From Vicinamibacteria bacterium (GTDB lineage Bacteria > Acidobacteriota > Vicinamibacteria > Marinacidobacterales > Marinacidobacteraceae): a DNA stretch of 64,000 bases. Location of the stretch: the NCBI GenBank assembly GCA_963422395.1, contig OY729431.1, forward strand, positions 800,001 through 864,000, written 5' to 3'. This document shows positions 18,310 through 26,119 of the stretch, one piece after another; the first letter of the stretch is position 1; each line of letters starts with the position of its first letter. Below the pieces are notes generated by a model. It was not told where the DNA came from and made no database searches. It was given only the letters and a program-made list of their open reading frames with translations. Made by a program: the position numbers and the translations under genes.

Positions 18310-20958
18310 TTGCTCCGCTTGGGTGTTCGCCGCCTCGCCGCGGTCTCGCTCTTCTTCACCTTCGCCGCCGGGCCCGTCTTCGGCCAGCCGTCCGGTCCGG
18401 GCCAGGGGCGGGCGGCGGCGGCCTGGCACTGGATCCGGAAGCTGCAGACCACCGGTTCGGTACTCCACATCACTGCACATCCGGACGATGAGAACGGGGC
18501 GCTGCTCGCGTTGCTTTCCCGGGGTCACGGAGTGCGGACCGCACTCTTGAGCCTGACCCGAGGCGAGGCCGGGGCGAACGCCATCGGGCCCGAACTCTTC
18601 GACGGCCTCGGGTGGATCCGAGCGGCGGAGCTTTCGCTGGCGGGGAAGTGGTACGGGCTCGACCGCATCTACCACACGCCGTTGGCCGATTACGGCTACT
18701 CGAAGAGCCTCGACGAGGCACTCCGCTCCTGGGACGAGGAGGCCGCACTCGCCGAGGTGGTGGAGGTGGTGCGGCGGGAGCGGCCGATGGTCGTCCTCGC
18801 GCGGTTCACCGGGGACCGGCGGGACGGTCACGGGCAGCACCAGTTCGCCGGGAGGATGGCGGCGCGCGCCTTCGAGGCGGCTCCGGACCTGGGGGTGTTC
18901 CCGCCGCGGGAAGGGAGGCGGGCCTTCCTGCCGGCGGCGTTCTTCCATCGGGGGCGCGGCGAGGCCGAAGCCTTCGAAGTGGATCTCTCGGGATCGCGTC
19001 CCTGGCTCGAGCATTCCTTCGCCGAGCTGGGTGCGATCGGGCTTTCCTGGCAGCGCTCGCAGACGCGCGGGGTGGTCCGTCCGGCGGCGGGCCGGCGTTC
19101 TGCCCGGCTCGTGCGAGCCGATGGGGGCAGTGAGAGGGACCTGCTGGCGCTGCTCGGGCCGGAGCGGGCCTCGCTGTCGGCGCGCTTCGGACCGCTGGCT
19201 CCGGCGCGGCTCGCGGCGGTTCTCGATCGGCTCGACGGCCTGTTCGCGGCGGCGGCTGCCGGCTTCGACTGGAGCGCGCCGGAGGCCGGCCTGCCGCTTC
19301 TCGGCGAGGCACTCGCCGTCTTGCGGAAACTGCTCGGCGAGCAGTCTCCCTCGGGCTTTTTCGATGTGCGGCAGGAGCTGCAGCGCAAGGAGGAACAGCT
19401 GGTGACAGCCATCCGGCACGCCGCCGGGATCTCGCTCGACGCGACGGCCCGCCCGCTGGCCGGAGAGCGGCCGGACGTGCCCTTCGCCCCGCCCCCGGCC
19501 TTCGGGCCCGTGGTTCCGGGACAGGAGTTCGAGGTGGTGGTGCGGGCGGAAACGCTCGCCCCGGCTCGGCTCGTCGGGGTCTCGTTGGATCTCCCGGGGG
19601 AGGTCGAGGAACAGGCCGCGGAGGGAGGAGGCGCTGGATCCGACTCCGGCTCTTCGGTCCGGCGGTTCGTCGTGCGGGTCGCCGTGGACGCGCCCGTGCT
19701 CCGGGCGCATGTCGAGCGCTCCGGGCTCGCGGAGAGCCGCTACCGGACGAACGGCGACGGGACCCTCGGCGCGCCGCCTCCGGCGGTGAGCGCGACGGTC
19801 GCGGCCGAGATTCCGGCGGGGAACTCCGGCAGAACGGTCGAAGTGTCGGCGACCGTTCCGGTCGGGCGCTTCGAGCCGAACCTGCCGTACGGCTACGAGC
19901 GGCGGGAGCTGGAGATCCTCCCGCCGGTTTCGGTCTCCTTCGAACCGGGCTTCGCCGTCTTTCCCGCCGGGGACCCGGATGCTTCCTTCACTGCGGCCCT
20001 GAAGGTCACCGGCTATCGCTCCGGTGCGTTCCGCGTCCGTCTCGAACCACCGGAAGGCTTCCTCGTCGAGCCCGCCGAAGCGTCGATCTCCCTGGGTCGG
20101 GCGGGGCAGGAATCGAGCCTTCGTTTCCTGGTGCGTCCGGGAGCCGCTCGGCCGGGCAGTTACCGGATCCGGGCGAGCGTCGCGACAGAGTCCGGCGAGG
20201 CGCAGCCCGCGGCCTCCTACCGGAGGATCGCTCATCGGGATCTGCCGCTCCGCTACCTCGTCCGCCCGGCGGTGCTCCGGGTGGCGGCGACGGAGCTCTC
20301 GGTTCCGGAGGGGCTCCGGGTCGGCTATGTGGTCGGCGCCGGAGACGAGGTTCCCGCGGCCATCGAAGCGCTCGGTGCCGAAGTCCGGCTGCTCGACGAA
20401 ACGGCGCTGCGGAACGCCGAATTCGGCGGATTCGACGCCATCGTCACCGGGACCAGGGCCTACGCTTTCCGCCCCGACCTGCTCCGAGCGAACCGGCGGC
20501 TGCTCGACTACGCCCGGGGCGGCGGGCACCTGGTCGTCCTCTACAACACGAACGAGTTGGTCCCCGAGGAGCACGCTCCCTGGCCGGGGGAGCTGCTGCG
20601 CCGGGCGGAGGAAGTCTCCGAAGAGGACAGCCCGGTGACCATCCTCGCGCCCGGCCATCCGCTGCTCCGCTGGCCCCACCGAATCGGCTCTGCGGACTTC
20701 GAGGGCTGGGTCGAGCAGCGCGGGTCCAAGTTCTGGAGCCGCTGGGACCCGGCCTACACTCCGCTCTTCGAGACCCGCGACCGGGGGCAGGAACCGCAGC
20801 GGGGCGGGGCCCTCACCGCCGAGATCGGTGAGGGCCGCTACACCTACTTCGCCTACGCGCTCCACCGCCAGCTTCCCGAGGCGGTTCCGGGGGCGTTCCG
20901 GCTGCTCGGCAACCTGATCGCGGCCTCCGCGATCCCGAGCGGGCACCCTTCCGAGTGA
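18310..20958 (+). CDS. Secreted PIG-L/LmbE-family deacetylase with C-terminal Ig-like and GATase-like domains
   Basis: Signal peptide; TAHPDDE, TRGEAGAN, DYGYSKS, GHGQHQ; C-terminal GYVVGAGD...GWVEQRG...LHRQLP. Confidence 0.85.
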   Translation: MLRLGVRRLAAVSLFFTFAAGPVFGQPSGPGQGRAAAAWHWIRKLQTTGSVLHITAHPDDENGALLALLSRGHGVRTALLSLTRGEAGANAIGPELFDGLGWIRAAELSLAGKWYGLDRIYHTPLADYGYSKSLDEALRSWDEEAALAEVVEVVRRERPMVVLARFTGDRRDGHGQHQFAGRMAARAFEAAPDLGVFPPREGRRAFLPAAFFHRGRGEAEAFEVDLSGSRPWLEHSFAELGAIGLSWQRSQTRGVVRPAAGRRSARLVRADGGSERDLLALLGPERASLSARFGPLAPARLAAVLDRLDGLFAAAAAGFDWSAPEAGLPLLGEALAVLRKLLGEQSPSGFFDVRQELQRKEEQLVTAIRHAAGISLDATARPLAGERPDVPFAPPPAFGPVVPGQEFEVVVRAETLAPARLVGVSLDLPGEVEEQAAEGGGAGSDSGSSVRRFVVRVAVDAPVLRAHVERSGLAESRYRTNGDGTLGAPPPAVSATVAAEIPAGNSGRTVEVSATVPVGRFEPNLPYGYERRELEILPPVSVSFEPGFAVFPAGDPDASFTAALKVTGYRSGAFRVRLEPPEGFLVEPAEASISLGRAGQESSLRFLVRPGAARPGSYRIRASVATESGEAQPAASYRRIAHRDLPLRYLVRPAVLRVAATELSVPEGLRVGYVVGAGDEVPAAIEALGAEVRLLDETALRNAEFGGFDAIVTGTRAYAFRPDLLRANRRLLDYARGGGHLVVLYNTNELVPEEHAPWPGELLRRAEEVSEEDSPVTILAPGHPLLRWPHRIGSADFEGWVEQRGSKFWSRWDPAYTPLFETRDRGQEPQRGGALTAEIGEGRYTYFAYALHRQLPEAVPGAFRLLGNLIAASAIPSGHPSE

Positions 20959-21082
20959 CGGATCCGCAAGCATCCGGCAGCATCCGGGGTCATGCTGGAA
21001 CGCGGGGAACGGGAGGAGCGGCATCCTCCCGGCTGAAGGAGCGGCGTCCTCCCGGAGGACTGCGAAAGGCGCCTTTCGACCG

Positions 21083-22273
21083 ATGAGCAGCGAGCCGGCA
21101 GCGGCACTCGTCCGGCGAATTCGCCGTCCGGACTGGCCCGAGGGCCGCGAGGTGGTGCTCGTCGGAACCGCTCACATCTCCCCGGACTCCGTCCGGCTGG
21201 TGCGGGAGACGATCGAGCGGGAAAAGCCCGACGGGGTCGGTGTCGAACTGGACCGCGGCCGCTACGAGGCGCTCCTGGATCCGGAAGCCATCGAGCGGCT
21301 CGACCTGAAGCAGGCGGTTCGCGAGCGGAAACTGTTGCCGCTGATCGTCGGCGTGGTGCTCGGCGCCTGGCAGGCGCGGATGGGACTTCGGCTGGGAGTG
21401 GAGCCGGGGGCCGAACTACGGGAAGCGGTGCGGACAGCGGAGGAGATGGGGGCGGCGGTCCACCTGGTGGACCGCGAGGTGCGCGTCACCCTGCTCCGGG
21501 TCTTTCGGCGCACCGGGTTCTTCCAGAAGGTGAAGCTGCTGGCCGGGGGGCTCGGCTCGGGAGGCGTTTCCGAGCCGAGCCCGGAGGACATCGAGGACCT
21601 GCTCTCCGGGGATGTGGTTTCCCGCCTGGTGGCCGAGCTCGGAGACGCCCTCCCCATGCTCAAGGAAGTGGTCATCGACGAGCGGGACACCTGGATCGGC
21701 GAGGCGGTGAAGGCGGCGCCCGGGGGGCGGTTGGTGGTCGTGGTGGGGGCGGGGCACCTCGACGGTGTAGAACGGAATCTGCTCCGCTCCGGCCCCGTTG
21801 CGACCGCCCCGCTCGCGGAGATCCCGCCCCGGGGAAAGCTCGGCAGGGCGATCGGCCTCGCCGTCCCGGCGCTGATCCTGGGCGCGCTGGGCTGGATCTG
21901 GGCGACCCGCGGCGCCGCCGCCGCTTCCGCAGGGGCGCTCTTCTGGATCGCGGTGAACAGCGTCCCCGCCGCCCTCGGAGCCGCTCTCGCCCTCGCCCAC
22001 CCCCTGACGGTGCTGGCGGCGTTCCTGTCCGCTCCGTTCACCAGCCTCACCCCGGTCGTAGGTGCCGGTTATGTCACCGCCTTCGTCCAGGCCTGGGTGC
22101 GCCCGCCGCGGGTGTTCGAGCTGCGGGCCCTGAAGACGGACGCGCTGGTCCCCCGCCGCTGGTTCCGCAACCGGGCACTCAAGATCGCCCTCGCCCTTCT
22201 GCTTCCAACGATCGGCAGCGCCATCGGGACCTTCGTCGGGGGGTCGAGACTGATCAGCAGCGCTCTCGGGTAA
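21083..22273 (+). CDS. TraB/PrgY (pheromone shutdown-like) family protein
   Basis: LVGTAHISPDS, GVELDRGR, PGAELREA, LVDRE, IDERD, VVGAGHLDG, then C-terminal TM helices. Confidence 0.88.
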   Translation: MSSEPAAALVRRIRRPDWPEGREVVLVGTAHISPDSVRLVRETIEREKPDGVGVELDRGRYEALLDPEAIERLDLKQAVRERKLLPLIVGVVLGAWQARMGLRLGVEPGAELREAVRTAEEMGAAVHLVDREVRVTLLRVFRRTGFFQKVKLLAGGLGSGGVSEPSPEDIEDLLSGDVVSRLVAELGDALPMLKEVVIDERDTWIGEAVKAAPGGRLVVVVGAGHLDGVERNLLRSGPVATAPLAEIPPRGKLGRAIGLAVPALILGALGWIWATRGAAAASAGALFWIAVNSVPAALGAALALAHPLTVLAAFLSAPFTSLTPVVGAGYVTAFVQAWVRPPRVFELRALKTDALVPRRWFRNRALKIALALLLPTIGSAIGTFVGGSRLISSALG

Positions 22274-22363
22274 CAGGGAGCGGGGCGGAGCCGCCTCGCT
22301 TCCTGCTACCCGAGCGCCGCCGGCTCCACCGATGACGGATCATCCATCTCATTCAGGCTGTTT

Positions 22364-22392
22364 TCGACAGAATAGATCTGTAGATCTAACAT
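22364..22392 (+). promoter_or_regulatory. Putative sigma70 promoter with palindromic operator upstream of the XRE-IrrE gene
   Basis: TCGACA (22364-69), 17-bp spacer, TAACAT (22387-92). Perfect inverted repeat TAGATCT-GT-AGATCTA at 22373-22388, in an AT-rich patch. Confidence 0.6.
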
Positions 22393-22431
22393 ACTGAGTG
22401 GGTCGGATCGCGGCCGCCGAGATTCGAAGAG

Positions 22432-23691
22432 ATGACCGTCACCGCCGGGGAGTTGGCGCGCCGGCTCCGATCCGTCCGCGAGGCCTGCCGGATGCGGCAG
22501 GAGGATGCCGCCCGGAGGATCGGCGTTTCGCGTTCGGCCCTCGTGCAGCTGGAAGCGGGCCGGCGGTCGGTCTCGAGCCTGGAACTGGACCGGCTGGCGT
22601 ACCTCTACGGGCGGACGGTGGGGGATTTCCTGACCGACGCCTTTTCGGAAGAAAACCCCGTCACCGCCCTCTTTCGGCTCGACCCGGACCTGGCGAAGGA
22701 CGATTCCGCCCGCAAGGCAGTGCAGCGGTCCACCCGTCTCGTAAGCGCGATCACCGATCTCGAAGAGATCCTGGGGTCGGAGCCCCGTGCGGCGCTACCC
22801 CCCGGCTACGAGCTTTCGGCCCCGGAGGCCAAATGGGTTGCGGTGAAACAGGGAGAGCGGGTCGCGGTCGAGGAACGGAACCGTCTCGGTTGCGGCGACG
22901 TCCCTCTCCCGGATCTGGCGAACCTGCTTGAGGCCGAAGGCATCCGGACGGCGCAGGAGGACCTCCCGGAGGGCATCTCGGGGCTCACCCTGATCGGCCC
23001 GCCGGTCGGGACCCTGGTCGTGGTGCGCGCCGCTGACTCTCCGCTCAGAAAGCGGTTCTCTTTCGCACACGAGTACGCCCATGTTCTGTTCGACCGCGGA
23101 GACTCCGCGACCGTCAGCCGCGCCGCTGCCCGGGAGACGTTGCCGGAGGTCCGCGCCAATGCCTTCGCGGCCGGCTTCCTGATGCCCCGGCGAGGGGTCG
23201 AACGCTTCATCGGTTCCCTCGGCAAGGGACTCTCCAGCCGGGAGCAGTCGCAGGTCTTCGACGAAGAGGCGACGCTCCGGACCGAGGGGCGGCCAGCCCC
23301 CGGCAGCCAGGAGATCCAGATCCATGACATCGCCCTGTTGTCCCATCACTTCGGGGTGAGCCGGCAGGCGGGGGTGTACCGGCTTCGAAATTTGGGCCTG
23401 ATGAGTCGATCCTCGATGGAGCGCTTACAGGATCGAGAGAAGCAGGGCTTGGGGCGTCGGATTGCGGAGCTGCTGGGGCTGGAGCCGCCGGACTCGAAGC
23501 AGGGTGCGCCGGCGTTTCGCCGGAGATTCCTCGCGCTCGGCTTCGAGGCGCTGCGGCGGGGAAAAATCAGTCGCGGGAAGTTGCGGGAGCTGGCCCGATC
23601 GGTGGGCACGGGCGAAGAAGAACTGGAAGCGATTCTCGAAGATGTCGGACTCGGTCGCCCGCCCGTGGATGTGACGCTCTCCGAAAGGTGA
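22432..23691 (+). CDS. XRE-family HTH fused to ImmA/IrrE (peptidase M78) metallopeptidase
   Basis: N-terminal HTH (RQEDAARRIGVSRSALVQLEAGRR); RFSFAHEYAH (HExxH); EVRANAFAAGFLMP; FGVSRQA. Confidence 0.92.
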   Translation: MTVTAGELARRLRSVREACRMRQEDAARRIGVSRSALVQLEAGRRSVSSLELDRLAYLYGRTVGDFLTDAFSEENPVTALFRLDPDLAKDDSARKAVQRSTRLVSAITDLEEILGSEPRAALPPGYELSAPEAKWVAVKQGERVAVEERNRLGCGDVPLPDLANLLEAEGIRTAQEDLPEGISGLTLIGPPVGTLVVVRAADSPLRKRFSFAHEYAHVLFDRGDSATVSRAAARETLPEVRANAFAAGFLMPRRGVERFIGSLGKGLSSREQSQVFDEEATLRTEGRPAPGSQEIQIHDIALLSHHFGVSRQAGVYRLRNLGLMSRSSMERLQDREKQGLGRRIAELLGLEPPDSKQGAPAFRRRFLALGFEALRRGKISRGKLRELARSVGTGEEELEAILEDVGLGRPPVDVTLSER

Positions 23692-24242
23692 CTTCGAGTG
23701 CGTTGGCCCCGGCCGCGTCGAGTGGCATCGATCCGGACTCGGAGACGGTCGCGCTCGACGCGAGCGTCCTCATCAATTTTCTGATTCTGGACCGCGTCGA
23801 TCTGTTCCGGGGGCTGCCCGGACTCGAATTCGTGATCCCGCAAGCTGTCGAGAACGAAATCCGCGACCCGAGGTACCCGAAGCAGCAGAAGGCTCTCCGG
23901 CAAAGTCTGGATGTCGGCGACATCCGCGTCGAGAGGATCGAGTCCCTGACCGAGATCGAGGCCGTAACGCTTTTGCGGAAAGTCCTGGGCGCCGGAGAAT
24001 CCGAATGCCTCGTTCTGGCACAGGCCCGAGGCTGGATGGTGGCTTGCGATGAGCGTGGACGCTTCCGGCGCCTCGCCGACGAGCGCGTCGGCGAGGCGCG
24101 GATCACGACGACTCCCGATCTCATGCTGCGGGCCATCTGCGCAAATCTCCTCACCGTCGAGGAAGCGGACGCCATGAAGGCGCGTTTGGAGAAGCACCGT
24201 TTCCGGATGCCGTTCGATTCCTTCCGCGAGCGGCTCGGCTGA
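23688..24242 (+). CDS. PIN-domain protein (DUF3368-like)
   Basis: VALDASVLINF, IPQAVENEI, LGAGESECL, ACDER. GTGA overlap with the upstream gene. Confidence 0.8.
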   Translation: MTSSALAPAASSGIDPDSETVALDASVLINFLILDRVDLFRGLPGLEFVIPQAVENEIRDPRYPKQQKALRQSLDVGDIRVERIESLTEIEAVTLLRKVLGAGESECLVLAQARGWMVACDERGRFRRLADERVGEARITTTPDLMLRAICANLLTVEEADAMKARLEKHRFRMPFDSFRERLG

Positions 24243-24278
24243 GCGGCGCGGGGCGGCTGGCCCACAATCCCGCGCGTC

Positions 24279-25916
24279 ATGGCACTTTCGTTCACCGATC
24301 TGCTGACCTTCGTCCTGTTCCTCGGGGCGGTGATCTTCGTGTCGCTCCGGGCGTCCCGCGGTCGGCGTACCGCCGAGGGCTACTTCCTCGCCGGCCGGAA
24401 CCTCGGGGGATGGGCGATCGGCATGTCGCTGGTGGCGACGAACATCTCCACCGAGCACTTCGTGGGCATGTCGGGGTCGGCGGCGACCGATATCGGGCTC
24501 GCCATCGCCAGCTACGAGTGGACCGCGGCGGCCGCGCTCATCGTGATCGGCTGGTTCCTGCTGCCCCGCTACCTGAAGAGCGGCGTCTTCACGATGCCGG
24601 AGTTCCTCGAGCGACGCTACGACCGGGGGGCGCGGACCATCCTGGCGGTGCTGCTCACCGCCGCGACCGTCCTGGTGGCGATGGCGACCGTGCTCTACGC
24701 CGGAGCAGTGGCGATGAACGCGATCTTCTCCTTGCCGGCCCTCTTCGGAGCCCGGTTCGGGCTCGGCCCGGAGGCCGCCAGCCTCGCGGCCACCCTCGCG
24801 GGAGTCTGGGGCATCGGGTTGCTGGCCAGCATCTACACCATCTACGGGGGGTTGAAGGCGGTCGTCTGGTCCGACTTCATCCAGGGCATCGCGATCCTCG
24901 CCGGCGGCGCCATGGTGCTCTGGCTCGGCTTTTCGGCTCTCGGCGGCGAGGCGGGAATCCTCGCCGGAGCGGTGCGGTTCTTCGCCGAGAACCGCGACCG
25001 GCTGCATACCATCCTGCCCGCCGACCACCCCGAGGTTCCCTGGACCGCAGTCTTCATCGGCGGCCTCTGGATCGCGCAGTTCTTCTACTGGGGGGTCAAC
25101 CAGTTCATCACCCAGCGCACGCTCGCGGCCAGGAGCCTCGCCGCGGGGCAGCGGGGGATCCTGGTCGCCGCCTGGCTCAAGATCCTGGTGCCGTTCCTGA
25201 TCTGTTTCCCGGGGATCCTCGCGGTCCAGCTCTATGGCGATCAGATCGTGCACCCGGATCAGGCGTATCCGGTCCTCGTCCGAGAGCTCGTGCCGCCGCT
25301 GCTTCGCGGCGTCCTGCTCGCGGCGCTCGCCGGCGCGATCATGAGTTCCTTCAACTCGATGCTGAACTCGGCCTCGACGATGTACGCGCTCGATGTCCAC
25401 CCCCGGATCTTCCGCCGCCGCGGCGAGATGGGGGAGGAAGCGGACGGGGCCTCGTCGGTCCGGACAGCTCGAGCGGCCTCGGCGGTCTTCGGGATCGCCG
25501 CTTGCCTCTGGGCGCCGCTGATCGGCGGTTTTCCGGGGGTGTTCCACTACATCCAGACGGTGTGGGGTTTCGTCACTCCGGGGATCTGTGCGGTGTTCTT
25601 CGCCGGAGTCCTCTCCTCGCGGGTCCCCGCGTTCGCGGCGCGCGCCGGCCTGCTCGCCGGGATTCCGATCTACGGTGCGCTGCGGCTCGGCTGGCCGGAA
25701 ACCGCGTTCCTCCACCACATGGGGATCAGCTTCCTGCTCGTTACGGCGGGCCTCGTCTTCGCGGCCTGGCGCCGGCCGCGAAAGGCGCTGCCCGAGGCGC
25801 CCCCGAAAGCGCTCGGGCCGATCGCGGGGTTAGAGCTGGAGCCGCTCCCGGGGGTCTTCTGGAAGGGCGGGCTGGCGCTCGGGGCCATCGCCGCGATCTA
25901 CCTGATCTTCCCCTGA
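24279..25916 (+). CDS. Sodium:solute symporter (SGLT-like sugar symporter)
   Basis: YFLAGRNL, SLVATNISTEHFVG, TMPEFLERRY, YGGLKAVVWSD, NQFITQR, AAIMSS-like motif. Confidence 0.92.
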   Translation: MALSFTDLLTFVLFLGAVIFVSLRASRGRRTAEGYFLAGRNLGGWAIGMSLVATNISTEHFVGMSGSAATDIGLAIASYEWTAAAALIVIGWFLLPRYLKSGVFTMPEFLERRYDRGARTILAVLLTAATVLVAMATVLYAGAVAMNAIFSLPALFGARFGLGPEAASLAATLAGVWGIGLLASIYTIYGGLKAVVWSDFIQGIAILAGGAMVLWLGFSALGGEAGILAGAVRFFAENRDRLHTILPADHPEVPWTAVFIGGLWIAQFFYWGVNQFITQRTLAARSLAAGQRGILVAAWLKILVPFLICFPGILAVQLYGDQIVHPDQAYPVLVRELVPPLLRGVLLAALAGAIMSSFNSMLNSASTMYALDVHPRIFRRRGEMGEEADGASSVRTARAASAVFGIAACLWAPLIGGFPGVFHYIQTVWGFVTPGICAVFFAGVLSSRVPAFAARAGLLAGIPIYGALRLGWPETAFLHHMGISFLLVTAGLVFAAWRRPRKALPEAPPKALGPIAGLELEPLPGVFWKGGLALGAIAAIYLIFP

Positions 25917-26062
25917 AGGACCCGTTTCACCAAAGCGTCCGGACGTGGCCGTATCGGCGGCCGGCCGCGCTTGGTGATGACCACCGGAGTGCGTGTCCTC
26001 GCTACCTCGTCGAGCAACTTGAGACAAACATCCTGGAACTTCCCGGCTGCAATGGTCGTCAT
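25898..26062 (-). pseudogene. Truncated orphan Phd/YefM antitoxin
   Basis: MTTIAAGKFQDVCLKLLDEVARTRTPVVITKRGRP, then similarity is lost as the ORF runs into the convergent symporter. GAGGTG RBS. No toxin gene follows. Confidence 0.7.
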
Positions 26063-26072
26063 CCGCACCTCG

Positions 26073-26095
26073 TAGCCATAGCAATAATGGCCATT
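26073..26095 (-). promoter_or_regulatory. Putative autoregulatory operator of the Phd-like gene
   Basis: Perfect palindrome AATGGCCATT (26086-26095) plus related TAGCCATA (26073-26080), immediately upstream of the RBS. Confidence 0.5.
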
Positions 26096-26119
26096 GACCA
26101 CAACGGACCGGCTCGGGAC

